Positions 1 through 9,241 of a DNA stretch of 64,000 bases are shown here, piece by piece. Below the pieces are notes generated by a model that did no database searches, was not told where the DNA came from, and was given only the letters and a program-made list of their open reading frames with translations. The stretch comes from a virus, in the IMG/VR virus record IMGVR_UViG_3300020159_001521, positions 32,001 through 96,000 of that record, one strand, 5' to 3'. The position numbers and the translations under genes are program-made. Position 1 is the stretch's first letter. Each line of letters begins with the position of its first letter.

Positions 1-123
1 TTGGTTTATGCGTGTAAAAATATATTAAGACTAGCTAATTGCAAAGAGATGGAATATGTATAAAATGAATTTTGCCGATAATATAGCATTATTATTTTTT
101 ACTCTAACCAAAATTGTTTTAAT

Positions 124-2715
124 TTATTTGCTTTTCTTGGTATTTCTTCCCTTTGCATTCTCTTTCGCAATAGCTAAATCGTTTGCTTGATTTTCTCTTG
201 CAAGTTGAATCTTTTCTTTCTCCAGCTGAAGTTTCTCAGAAGCAAGTCTGTTTTTGTTTTGTATATCAGACATCTTCATTTGATAATCTCTTGCTGCATT
301 TGCCTCTTCACTAGCAAACCTACTTGCTTCCAGTACATCAGGAACAGCGTTAGCATTAGCATCTTCGCTCTCTACATTGCCAAATCCTGTTGCCTGTATG
401 ATGGCAATTTCCTTCTTATTAATCCTATCAAGCTCTTTCTGGTAGTTTTCGTTAGCAAGCTTCTGCTCATTAGCCACTTGCTGTTGTTCCATTTGAGCTT
501 GTGCAATCTGCTGCTGTTGCTCCATTTGTTGCTGTTGCATTTGCATTTGCTGATCCTGGAGCTGTTCTTGCCTTTCTTTCAGTGTCTTGAACACTTTCTT
601 CATCTGCCTAATTGAGTTGGTAGAATACAGCTCAATTACATCGTGGAGAGATCCACCGTTCTGCAGAACAGCTTGAGACAATCCTCTAATCTCCCTGAAC
701 ATCTCTCTATCCTCAGGTCTGTTAGTTGCATACACCTTCAAATCACGGAATTTCAAATCTGTACCATTCACTTGTACGAAAGCAGATTCTCCTTCTGATG
801 TAATGTATGACAGGGTGGATTGTGGCTTCTTGCTCTCTACGTACAGAGAGGCGTCTATAATTGCTTGATACAGTTGACCCAATACATATTCATGTGCTAC
901 AAACAGAGGCTCTGTTTGAGCATAAGATTGCTGAATAGCAGCATTGGTGCCTGTTGCAGACTCACTTGCTGATACAGAACCAAGTCTTTGTCTTGACATA
1001 CCAATTAGTTCCCAGCACTCATTCTTAAGTTGCATAGCAAGCTGATACCTAGATTGTATCTCCTGCGTGCGTGTGAGGTCAATATCTCTAAACTGATTGA
1101 AACTAGACGGACTCTTCAGGTTTTCTGGGCTATCGTCAATGAACACTACACCACGATTACGTGCTTCCATTTCCCATACATCAAGAGCATCCTGTGCGTC
1201 TCCATCCTTTGGAACAGGTACGTGCCTGATGGATGTCAAATAAACCTTACCCACTTCTTTTTCAAGGAGCTTGTAAAGCTGGTTCATACAAACATTGTAC
1301 AACACCTGGAAAGGTTTCATCAAATCAACAAGACTCTTTGCCTCAGTGTTCTTTATTTCGTGTGTGATTCCAATTATAGGACAGTAGTTGAGAAGCTTGA
1401 ATGGTTTGATGTGATAGATGTCTGGACCAATCTTAGTTCCTTGATACCACTGATTAACCCATCCCCATTCTAAAGATTGCTGTGTAGGAATAGTGCCACT
1501 CTTGTAGTTTTCATCTACAAGGATGGATTGCTCATTACCAAGCTCATCTACATAAATCAATTTACCAATCTTCCTCTTACTCATCCAATAGCACCTAACC
1601 ACTACATACTTATATCCAAAAGAAGACACATTAGATGTCAATCCAAGGAAATCCTTCAATCCATCGTTGTTCTCCTTCATCTCTGATTCAATAATCATAC
1701 GAGTTTGAAGAACAGCTGGGTCATAAGTGTCATATGTAACAGAATCAATACCAGGAGACACACTTGGATTACCAAGGTTTGACTCACGAACATTAATCAA
1801 TCCATAGTCTTGGAGAGAACTTCTGAGGTGATCTATTTCCTCCTTAGTTAAGTCTGGAATAGATTCTATTATCTCAGAAAGCTCCATCACCTGCACTGTT
1901 CCAGCAGCATAAGCACCCTGTGCTCTACCTGTAGGATCAGAAATATATTTCCTATCTGGCGTAGTGAGGAACCAAGTGTTCTTGGGGTTAGCCACCTCTA
2001 TATTATATCCAGTTTTGGAATTGTCTTCATAAATGTGGTAGAACTCCCTTGCAGAAATCAACATATCTCTAAAGGCATCTTCTGATTTCTCCTTTAGAAC
2101 AAACTCAGCCTTTTGAGCTGTAAGTACATGGTTTGCCCACTTCTCAGCTACAGATGTGTAGGAATCAAGTTCATCCTTCACCTCATCCATAGTCATCTGA
2201 TTCAATTGCTCTTCGTCAATCTCCTCCTCACCACTCATTTGCAACTTCTCAGCAATCTTCTGCTTTGCTTGGGATATAACGTAGTTTTGGAGAATCTCTG
2301 TCTTATATTGGAGCTCTTCTGCCTGACTATCGTCATCAAATGCTTTTATCCTGTAGGCATCTGGTCTTTTAGATATCTCACCAACAAGCTCATTAATTGG
2401 TGTAGTTATAATGGAATAATGCTTAACATAGGCAGGAAGCTGTAAATCTGTTGTGAGCATTTCTGTAAAACTCTTCACTTGAGGCTCTTGATAGAAGTCT
2501 TCCATCCTCAAAATACCCTTAACAAGATCATAGTTCTTTACAAATGTGTCTCTATTTTTTACATACTCAGCATACGCCTTGTTAGCAAAATAGTCCATTG
2601 TGTTCTTTATCCAGCTCTCATCTTGCTTTTCTTTCTCAGTTTTGAACTGGTCAGGAAATATATTAAGATAGGCATACCTAATCGTTGCATCCTTTGTATA
2701 TCTAATTATTGCCAT
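124..2715 (-). CDS. Portal protein, crAss-like
   Basis: 863 aa, directly downstream of TerL; Q-rich coiled-coil C-terminus; size and position typical of crAss-like portals. Confidence 0.88.
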   Translation of the reverse strand: MAIIRYTKDATIRYAYLNIFPDQFKTEKEKQDESWIKNTMDYFANKAYAEYVKNRDTFVKNYDLVKGILRMEDFYQEPQVKSFTEMLTTDLQLPAYVKHYSIITTPINELVGEISKRPDAYRIKAFDDDSQAEELQYKTEILQNYVISQAKQKIAEKLQMSGEEEIDEEQLNQMTMDEVKDELDSYTSVAEKWANHVLTAQKAEFVLKEKSEDAFRDMLISAREFYHIYEDNSKTGYNIEVANPKNTWFLTTPDRKYISDPTGRAQGAYAAGTVQVMELSEIIESIPDLTKEEIDHLRSSLQDYGLINVRESNLGNPSVSPGIDSVTYDTYDPAVLQTRMIIESEMKENNDGLKDFLGLTSNVSSFGYKYVVVRCYWMSKRKIGKLIYVDELGNEQSILVDENYKSGTIPTQQSLEWGWVNQWYQGTKIGPDIYHIKPFKLLNYCPIIGITHEIKNTEAKSLVDLMKPFQVLYNVCMNQLYKLLEKEVGKVYLTSIRHVPVPKDGDAQDALDVWEMEARNRGVVFIDDSPENLKSPSSFNQFRDIDLTRTQEIQSRYQLAMQLKNECWELIGMSRQRLGSVSASESATGTNAAIQQSYAQTEPLFVAHEYVLGQLYQAIIDASLYVESKKPQSTLSYITSEGESAFVQVNGTDLKFRDLKVYATNRPEDREMFREIRGLSQAVLQNGGSLHDVIELYSTNSIRQMKKVFKTLKERQEQLQDQQMQMQQQQMEQQQQIAQAQMEQQQVANEQKLANENYQKELDRINKKEIAIIQATGFGNVESEDANANAVPDVLEASRFASEEANAARDYQMKMSDIQNKNRLASEKLQLEKEKIQLARENQANDLAIAKENAKGRNTKKSK

Positions 2716-4742
2716 TATGTAAAAAGTTTACGTTTTTTAGTTCCAAATAATCCTACAGAAGACTCGCTGAACAGACTTCCTTTAGATTTGTTCTTTGCAA
2801 ATAATGCTGCCACTCTCTCATCTCCTGTTCCACCAATCTTACCCATAATAGGATCCATCTTCACAGCTTGGGCTATTGCTAGCTCTGCTGCTACAATACG
2901 GTCAAAGTTACCCTGATCGTTGTATTGTATAATTTCTTCTAGAAGAACTGGGTCAAATATCTTACTTACACCTGTCACTTCTCTAATTAGATTTCCTGCT
3001 TCATCTTTCTCTATGAAAATCACTTCCTCCAGATACTTCTTGATACAGTTGTGAAGGTAGTCAATTATTTTCTGTGAGCTCCTGTGTATACCATATTCAC
3101 GTTTTACAGTGGTGTTAGGTACAATTTCCTGCAACCATTGAGGTTGTTTCTCCAAATAATGTCCATCTCCCTTAGCTTTCATGTATTCTATAAAAGAAAT
3201 ATCATCATTCTCACAGAGAGTTCTGGCATTGTAGTATTTAATAAGAAGCCTGGCTTGTTCTTCCCAATGTTCCTTCTTATCAGGACGAGCTACGTAGGAT
3301 GCAACAAACATATCCTGGTACTTTTCACCAGTGAGGTCGTGCATCCTTTTATATACATAAACAGCTCCTAGAGACGAACTATATGCTGACTGACCTTGCC
3401 TGTAAGGGTCAACACCAGCAACATATAGCCCATAAGGAGGGTTGTTCACGGGAAATTCGTATATTATTACAGGAGCATCCTTTGAATCTGAGTTCTTCAG
3501 AGGGAAGTTTGTAATTGGTAACTTGTCTGTGAAGTCGTGTCCAATTTTCTCTCCATCAGAAAACAGAATAATGGGTGTTCCTGTTCTTTCTTGGTTTGTA
3601 AGTCTGGTTTTCTGTCTCTTTGCTGCCTCTATATCAAATATGTTCGTATCCTCATTAAGGAAAATGTCATCCACCTCTAATGGATAGTACATCTTCTCCT
3701 TCAGATAGGCAATCCTGTCTCCTGCTTTCTTTAAACGTTCTAGATTAGACGTTGTTATTTCAGCTGCCTTTTCCTCATTGCTGACCAGCATAGATACGTT
3801 GTGTAACTCGCTATCAGCAGGTTGGTTAAGATGTTTACCAAGCGTAGATTGTTCCTTAGCCTCCATCCTATATTTGTAGGAAATAAATAGCCCATGTATC
3901 CTGCTTGTATCTTTTTCATTATTATACGTGAGAAAGTTAAAGTTGTCCACATCGAACATTAAGCTCTTTGCGTCCATGAATCTCTTCATGTCACCACCTG
4001 TTCCTGTTAGAATGGGAGAACATCCCCAACCAAACGGTGTAGTAAAACCAGGTACAGCCGCTTGGAAACCCCTAAGAAAAGATCCTTTACCAATCTCATC
4101 TATAATTAATTTACGTGGTTTTGTACCAGCAATAGCTTCCTCATTATTACCCTCATCCAAGTTCCTTATGAGAATCTGAGAGAAGGGAATCCTCTCTCCT
4201 GATTTTGTTTTAATACCTAATGTCACCTGATTCTTCCAATTGTCCTCAATTCTCTGCCATCTCCATGCCTCTGGAAGGAAGTTCAGTCCTTTATCAATCT
4301 TATCTGTAATCAGCTTAATATCTGGAGCATTCAATCCAGCAATAATGTTCTGTGAATTCTCATCAAATGTAGCTCCCCATGCAATATAACTAGCCTCAAG
4401 AACAGACTTAGCAAAACGTCTGATTCCTAGAATAACCAGCCCTTTCTTCTCCTGTTGAGCTCTATCTATCTCATTTGTTACAACCCACTCGTTATCACGT
4501 AGAAGGGGATTGGAATATTGTTGGGATATTCTACCTCTGTCATCAATAACATCCACCTCCGTATGCCATATGTTCAAATGCCAATACAGAAAGGGGTTGA
4601 TGTACACCCCTCCCATCATTGCTCCGTTCAAACACAATTCCTTATGAAAGTTGAAGAACTCTTTATATTCTGCACTCTCTCTATCAGGAATTCTCTTTTG
4701 ATTTATGAACCAATCCTTATAATCTATCGACTGTAAACTCAT
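2715..4742 (-). CDS. terL: Terminase large subunit
   Basis: Walker A-like GIRRFAKS, Walker B IIDEIG, motif III TGTGG, nuclease YVAGVDPY and C-terminal NFDRIVA. Confidence 0.95.
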   Translation of the reverse strand: MSLQSIDYKDWFINQKRIPDRESAEYKEFFNFHKELCLNGAMMGGVYINPFLYWHLNIWHTEVDVIDDRGRISQQYSNPLLRDNEWVVTNEIDRAQQEKKGLVILGIRRFAKSVLEASYIAWGATFDENSQNIIAGLNAPDIKLITDKIDKGLNFLPEAWRWQRIEDNWKNQVTLGIKTKSGERIPFSQILIRNLDEGNNEEAIAGTKPRKLIIDEIGKGSFLRGFQAAVPGFTTPFGWGCSPILTGTGGDMKRFMDAKSLMFDVDNFNFLTYNNEKDTSRIHGLFISYKYRMEAKEQSTLGKHLNQPADSELHNVSMLVSNEEKAAEITTSNLERLKKAGDRIAYLKEKMYYPLEVDDIFLNEDTNIFDIEAAKRQKTRLTNQERTGTPIILFSDGEKIGHDFTDKLPITNFPLKNSDSKDAPVIIYEFPVNNPPYGLYVAGVDPYRQGQSAYSSSLGAVYVYKRMHDLTGEKYQDMFVASYVARPDKKEHWEEQARLLIKYYNARTLCENDDISFIEYMKAKGDGHYLEKQPQWLQEIVPNTTVKREYGIHRSSQKIIDYLHNCIKKYLEEVIFIEKDEAGNLIREVTGVSKIFDPVLLEEIIQYNDQGNFDRIVAAELAIAQAVKMDPIMGKIGGTGDERVAALFAKNKSKGSLFSESSVGLFGTKKRKLFT

Positions 4743-5074
4743 TTCCTATTCTTCAGAAAATCCTCAGCCATAGAGCTGAGCTCTCCCTTTCCTCTCACCT
4801 CCACCTTAGCTTCTTCAATCTTTCTAAGCTTATCCACCACCTCAAGAAGAGCCAAATAGTTCTTCATTGTCTCCTGAATAAACTTACCCTGTGCCTCAAT
4901 AGAAGCAATCACCATAGGGAGCATTCCCCCTTTAGCTGTAGGTTTCCATTCAATCCTATCCTTCAACTCATGAAGGGGATTGGCATCCACATAAGCTTTC
5001 CAGGAAGTGAGCTGTTGTTCAGCCCAATCCAGTTCTGCATTAATATATGTAGTTTTCTTAATAGCTGTCGCCAT
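4739..5074 (-). CDS. Conserved protein upstream of TerL (possible terminase small subunit)
   Basis: 111 aa helical, overlaps the TerL start; function inferred from position only. Confidence 0.55.
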   Translation of the reverse strand: MATAIKKTTYINAELDWAEQQLTSWKAYVDANPLHELKDRIEWKPTAKGGMLPMVIASIEAQGKFIQETMKNYLALLEVVDKLRKIEEAKVEVRGKGELSSMAEDFLKNRK

Positions 5075-5342
5075 AATCTTCTTCTTTAAATAAACTGTCT
5101 AAATTCATCCCTCCCTCTATAATCTTGTCAATATCTGTTTCCTCATGAGGAAAATCTAGGGCTAATTGACTCTTATATTTAGAAAGAGCAAAAAGCAGCT
5201 CTTTGTCACTCACTCCCCATACATCACCATAACCATCCAGCGCTGTGGCTAAATGTCTACCCATATTATAATTAGGATAGAGCTTATGTAATTCCTGAAG
5301 AGCATGAACCACTTGCACGTAATAATTTGGTTTCTTGCTCAT
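5058..5342 (-). CDS. Hypothetical protein
   Basis: 94 aa ORF tightly packed in the late operon. Confidence 0.75.
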   Translation of the reverse strand: MSKKPNYYVQVVHALQELHKLYPNYNMGRHLATALDGYGDVWGVSDKELLFALSKYKSQLALDFPHEETDIDKIIEGGMNLDSLFKEEDYGDSY

Positions 5343-5347
5343 CTTTC

Positions 5348-5530
5348 CTATTTTGTTATAATTCCTGCTGAAGAAGCTGAGAGCTTTGTCAAACTAGGAC
5401 TAACAACATCTTCTAACAATCTTTTAATCTGTTCATTTGCCTCCTTCTGAACATCCTCAGAAATTCCTGGCGTTGCACATAAAGCTCCAAGCTTCTCAAT
5501 AACTACCCATGCTTCAAACACTGGATTCAT
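5348..5530 (-). CDS. Hypothetical protein
   Basis: 60 aa, 4 bp overlap with upstream gene. Confidence 0.7.
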   Translation of the reverse strand: MNPVFEAWVVIEKLGALCATPGISEDVQKEANEQIKRLLEDVVSPSLTKLSASSAGIITK

Positions 5531-5802
5531 AATAATTGGTTTAAATCGTCATCAGACAAATTAATATTTATCTCTGTATCTGTCTTTGTAATCTTTGTTG
5601 TAGGAATCATGTCAAAGTTCTCCTGGAACTCCTCATCCATATATTCCTTGGAAAAGCTAATCATTATCCCATCCTGCGTGTCATCAAGCATTCCTACAAT
5701 GTCCACATAATTAACCCCCTTGTCATACAAATCTGCAAGAATGTCAATGAACGATTCCAAAGGAACCTTCCTAATCCTCATTTCTTTATTTTCTCCTTCC
5801 AT
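5527..5802 (-). CDS. Acidic hypothetical protein
   Basis: 91 aa, packed in operon. Confidence 0.75.
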   Translation of the reverse strand: MEGENKEMRIRKVPLESFIDILADLYDKGVNYVDIVGMLDDTQDGIMISFSKEYMDEEFQENFDMIPTTKITKTDTEININLSDDDLNQLL

Positions 5803-6100
5803 CTATTTTCTTTTTTATAGATTCTTCTTCATCCTGAGAAACTATTTCCTTCCAAAATCCTATAGGGCAACTACAAGAAAGACACCTCGTTTTGGCAGAC
5901 AGCGTACATCCACAATTCGTACAATGTACATCTGGACGTAAAGCTGACAATCCCCTTTTCCTAACATTCTCTGAATAATGCTCACATTTAGCACACACAT
6001 CCAACCTCTCCCTACTAACATCCTCTATAGCCTGTTTCATGTCCTTAGGAGGAACCAATTGATTTCTCCATCCTTCATAAATCTGAGAAAAACTAATCAT
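5786..6100 (-). CDS. Cys-rich Zn-binding protein
   Basis: RLDVCAKC...CTNCGCTL.AKTR...CSCPIGFW pattern. Confidence 0.75.
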   Translation of the reverse strand: MISFSQIYEGWRNQLVPPKDMKQAIEDVSRERLDVCAKCEHYSENVRKRGLSALRPDVHCTNCGCTLSAKTRCLSCSCPIGFWKEIVSQDEEESIKKKIDGRRK

Positions 6101-6452
6101 CGTTGGTTTTTGATGTTAAATATTCAATATCAGCAATTGTATTCGTCAACATCGTATTGGCTCTCTGCCTCTTTGCTTCTGAAATCGTGCTGTCATTCAG
6201 CGTCCTTTCAACAGCTTCCTTCTTAGCCATCAATTGATCAAGCCTCTTCAAAGCCTTCTTCTTATTAAAATAAAACTTCCCAAACCCACTAAGCTCCACA
6301 CTATTACTATCCTTCATAGCAGCAGAAACACTCTGGAACTGATGATTAATCACAGACTCAATTGTCTTCTCACTCACCATCATCTTCACAGCCATCACCC
6401 TAATCAAATAGTCCTTCATGGACATACTCCTAGGCTTATTATCAATCTCCAT
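6093..6452 (-). CDS. HU/IHF-like DNA-binding protein
   Basis: SVELSGFGKF arm motif of HU/IHF; IHF-like genes lie near terminase in crAss-like phages. Confidence 0.8.
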   Translation of the reverse strand: MEIDNKPRSMSMKDYLIRVMAVKMMVSEKTIESVINHQFQSVSAAMKDSNSVELSGFGKFYFNKKKALKRLDQLMAKKEAVERTLNDSTISEAKRQRANTMLTNTIADIEYLTSKTNDD

Positions 6453-6804
6453 CGTGTAACAACTTTATTTCCAAAGCCAAATCATTGTCAAAATTAAGAG
6501 CTATAACAGGATTCACCTTTGTCTTACTCCCCTCCTTAACCAACACTCCTATCCTCTTGAGCTTAGATATAATATTATATATCGTAGCTTCAGAGCTAGA
6601 ATGCTTCTTACAAAACTCTTCCCTATTATTAGCATAAGAAATATTCCCCTTAATAGCTGTAAAAGCAACAAGCTGTATTTCCCTCTCTGTCAAATTCAAA
6701 TCATTAACATCAGACAATATCCTATAATACTTCTGAGCTAACAAATAATTGTCAGACAATTGTCGTTTAAGCTTCTGTGAAATAATCCTTCTATTCGTTT
6801 CCAT
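6442..6804 (-). CDS. Winged-helix (RepL-like) DNA-binding protein
   Basis: LTEREIQL...SEATIYNIISKLKRIGVLVK...VNP. Confidence 0.65.
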   Translation of the reverse strand: METNRRIISQKLKRQLSDNYLLAQKYYRILSDVNDLNLTEREIQLVAFTAIKGNISYANNREEFCKKHSSSEATIYNIISKLKRIGVLVKEGSKTKVNPVIALNFDNDLALEIKLLHDGD

Positions 6805-6817
6805 ATTTAATTATACA

Positions 6818-6825
6818 CAAAGATA
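6818..6825 (-). promoter_or_regulatory. Bacteroidota sigma -7 promoter element
   Basis: TATCTTTG on minus strand, 14 nt upstream of the 6804 start. Confidence 0.65.
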
Positions 6826-6889
6826 GAATGTAAGCATCTATTTGCAAACACCACTATACACAATTTAAAAAACTAATGCCATATTATGC

Positions 6890-7147
6890 TCAAAATTCTT
6901 CTTCATCCATAGGAATTGTTGTCTTCCAAAACACAAACACCACATTAATAAAAAACAACCCTATAACAAACTCATCCTCAACACTTTCATCTTCTAACGT
7001 ATATCTCTGAGAAAATATACCAAACTTAAAATATGGTGTTCTCAACGTATTAAGCTCTATTCCAAATGTCATCTCCATGGAACCAATCCACCCATATATC
7101 AATGACACTAAACACAAAAACACCAATACAACAATAACTATATCCAT
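6890..7147 (-). CDS. Small membrane protein
   Basis: N-terminal hydrophobic helix; first gene of the leftward operon. Confidence 0.7.
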   Translation of the reverse strand: MDIVIVVLVFLCLVSLIYGWIGSMEMTFGIELNTLRTPYFKFGIFSQRYTLEDESVEDEFVIGLFFINVVFVFWKTTIPMDEEEF

Positions 7148-7358
7148 AATAAGTAAAATTTAATCATCATCATCTATTCCCACCCCCCACCCTGTAAAGA
7201 TAAGGAGTGTACAAGTAAAAAATAAAACATTTTTCCTACAGAAGTCCAAAATAAAGCTACAATCCTTTCCCAGCCTGTCTAAAAAATTTTTTTCCCAAGG
7301 CCCTTTGTAAGACAATATCCCCCTCCTTTAACCAAAAATCATCAATGCCCCCTACATT

Positions 7359-7400
7359 AAAAAATGTTTTGTGTCTATGAAAAAATGTTTTGTGTCCATG
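7359..7400. repeat. 21 bp tandem repeat (2 copies)
   Basis: AAAAAATGTTTTGTGTCTATG followed by AAAAAATGTTTTGTGTCCATG. Confidence 0.9.
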
Positions 7401-7491
7401 GGGGAGGAGACTACTGCCAATAACAACCCCTCCTATAAATGGGGAAGTCACGGTGACCCCCCACATTATTAAAAATTTAAATCGAAAAACG

Positions 7492-7896
7492 ATGAGCACA
7501 ACAACAACGCAAATCAGCTACAACAAGGCAGTGTTTTCCAACAATGGTGAGTTCACCTATGAGAGTGTTGGACAATTGAAAGAACACGTGAAAGGAATGT
7601 CTATTAAGTTCACCAAGAACAATCTTGCAGGAACGAAGAGAGTAACAATCATTGCTACTCCCAAAAAGGGCGAACCAATCACCTTCTCTTGCACCAAGCC
7701 ATTGAGCGAAGTGGTAAGAAAGGCATTGGAAAACAAAACCCAATTGGAAGTGTTGGGTGCATTGCTTAACTGCGATGTAAAAGTAGACTCCCAAGACAAC
7801 ACCAAGTATTTCATCTTCCAGGCTGAAGGTTCTCAACTTGAAGGATTAATGGTAACTGATAGCGTTATCAGCAATTACGAAGATGTTGCGTTCTAA
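7492..7896 (+). CDS. Hypothetical early protein (first rightward gene)
   Basis: ATG at 7492 after an A-rich leader; followed by its own terminator. Confidence 0.85.
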   Translation: MSTTTTQISYNKAVFSNNGEFTYESVGQLKEHVKGMSIKFTKNNLAGTKRVTIIATPKKGEPITFSCTKPLSEVVRKALENKTQLEVLGALLNCDVKVDSQDNTKYFIFQAEGSQLEGLMVTDSVISNYEDVAF

Positions 7897-7898
7897 TT

Positions 7899-7920
7899 AA
7901 GGGGGCTTTGCCCCCTTTTT
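7899..7920 (+). terminator. Rho-independent terminator
   Basis: AAGGGGGC-TTT-GCCCCCTTTTT. Confidence 0.9.
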
Positions 7921-8173
7921 ATATATAGGGTGGGAAATTAAATAGGGTGGGTGAATGAAGTGATGTATCATCCCTTTCATCTTTTTATTCACCCATTCTT
8001 ACATCACAATTATAAAAAATAAAGGCATACATATAGCATTAATTACAACACAACCAGGAAATATGCAGTCTCAATATATTGAGAGTTAGTCCATACCATG
8101 TGGAGTGCAAAAATATCAGGTTTGGTGTGTGTTGTAATTTTTATTTATTCATTCATCATTTAAATCAATAGTT

Positions 8174-8335
8174 ATGAAGACATTTATCATTACACTTGTA
8201 GGATGGGACGGTCCTATTAAGTCAGAGTATTGTTATGGATCTAATAGACAAGAGGTTTATTCTATGTATAGGAATGAATATCCTGTTTCTGATTATCCTC
8301 AAATACAATACATTGATGTAGCTGAGGTATTATAA
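8174..8335 (+). CDS. Small hypothetical protein (53 aa, not in ORF track)
   Basis: MKTFIITLVGWDGPIKSEYCYG...DVAEVL*, followed by terminator. Confidence 0.7.
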   Translation: MKTFIITLVGWDGPIKSEYCYGSNRQEVYSMYRNEYPVSDYPQIQYIDVAEVL

Positions 8336-8358
8336 GAGCCTGTAACAGGGCTCTTTTT
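8334..8358 (+). terminator. Rho-independent terminator
   Basis: AAGAGCCTGTAACAGGGCTCTTTTT. Confidence 0.8.
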
Positions 8359-8362
8359 AAAA

Positions 8363-8821
8363 TACGTTCTGTTTAATCCACAGATAGTATGTCCTATATG
8401 ATAAGAAATGGTGTGATAGCCATAAGGGACTGTACTGTTACAAGGTAACAGCAGGATGATCACCTGATGATGAACTTCTGAATAATCTATTCCTAACCTA
8501 GCAATAGGGACAGCCATAACACCTGTAAGTTGGATAAATTAGGGTGTTTTAATGCACCATTCTCACGTGGATATAAAGACTTCTTAAGATTGGCAGGATG
8601 TATGATTCCGTCTATAGGATTTGCCTGTAGGTAATCCATATCCTTAAGATGTAAAACCACACTGATACTATAGGTTCGTCCCTATTATTTACAATCTGGA
8701 AGCAGAGCGTAACAGAATCAGTCTCCCAAGGGTGAGCAGTTGTAATCTCCTTTTACATAATTCTGGAGTTAAATAGGGGATTTAACGTAGAACCAGTTAC
8801 AACTGAGTGCAGAGAGAAATA
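8363..8821 (+). ncRNA. Candidate large structured RNA with twister-ribozyme-like core
   Basis: No plausible plus-strand ORF; many complementary arms; UAA-UGCA-CC...CUCAC...UCCCAAGG-GUGAG-CAGUUGUAA...UUACAACUG-AG-UGCA-GAGAGA layout. Confidence 0.6.
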
Positions 8822-8906
8822 ATTGTTATGTTGGAGGTTATATATGCTCCCGAGCAGGTGCAAGGCCTGCATTTTTCTTTTATTCATTCACCAAAACCAC
8901 GTTATT

Positions 8907-9119
8907 ATGAAAGATTATTTAATGGGAACCATAGTGGTTCTATGTGTGCTTCTTCTATTTATAGAAGCTGTAAAGAGTGTTAGGTCTCAGCCTGATGACA
9001 CACAATTTCAGTTTGTTGTGACAGACTCTATGATGTCTGTGTATAACAATGATGTATATGTAGGCACTGTTAGGGTGCAAGGACAATTAGATTCATTATT
9101 AGTAGACTATAATCAATAA
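8907..9119 (+). CDS. Small membrane-anchored protein
   Basis: ATG 8907, N-terminal TM helix. Confidence 0.7.
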   Translation: MKDYLMGTIVVLCVLLLFIEAVKSVRSQPDDTQFQFVVTDSMMSVYNNDVYVGTVRVQGQLDSLLVDYNQ

Positions 9120-9241
9120 ACCATGATTACACTATCAATCCTTCCCAATTTTACGGGAACAAGGTCTGAGTGGATTAAAGCCACAATTAGTTGTCTTCTA
9201 TTAGACAGTACATATGTTATTCCTATAATAAACCATTATTT

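Noticed and set aside
470-580. CTG/TTG-rich repeat in the portal gene
   Set aside because: It simply encodes the Gln-rich coiled coil usual in these portals
7257-7836. Minus-strand ORFs 7257-7499, 7477-7836 and 7557-7814, and other antisense ORFs in the track
   Set aside because: They are shadows of real genes or of the repeat region, with no protein-like motifs
8460-8485. Hammerhead ribozyme (CUGAUGA)
   Set aside because: No properly placed stem II or GAAA partner
8833-8875. tRNA gene (GCAGG-TGCAAGG-CCTGC resembles a T-arm)
   Set aside because: No acceptor stem or D-arm; more likely a terminator-like hairpin
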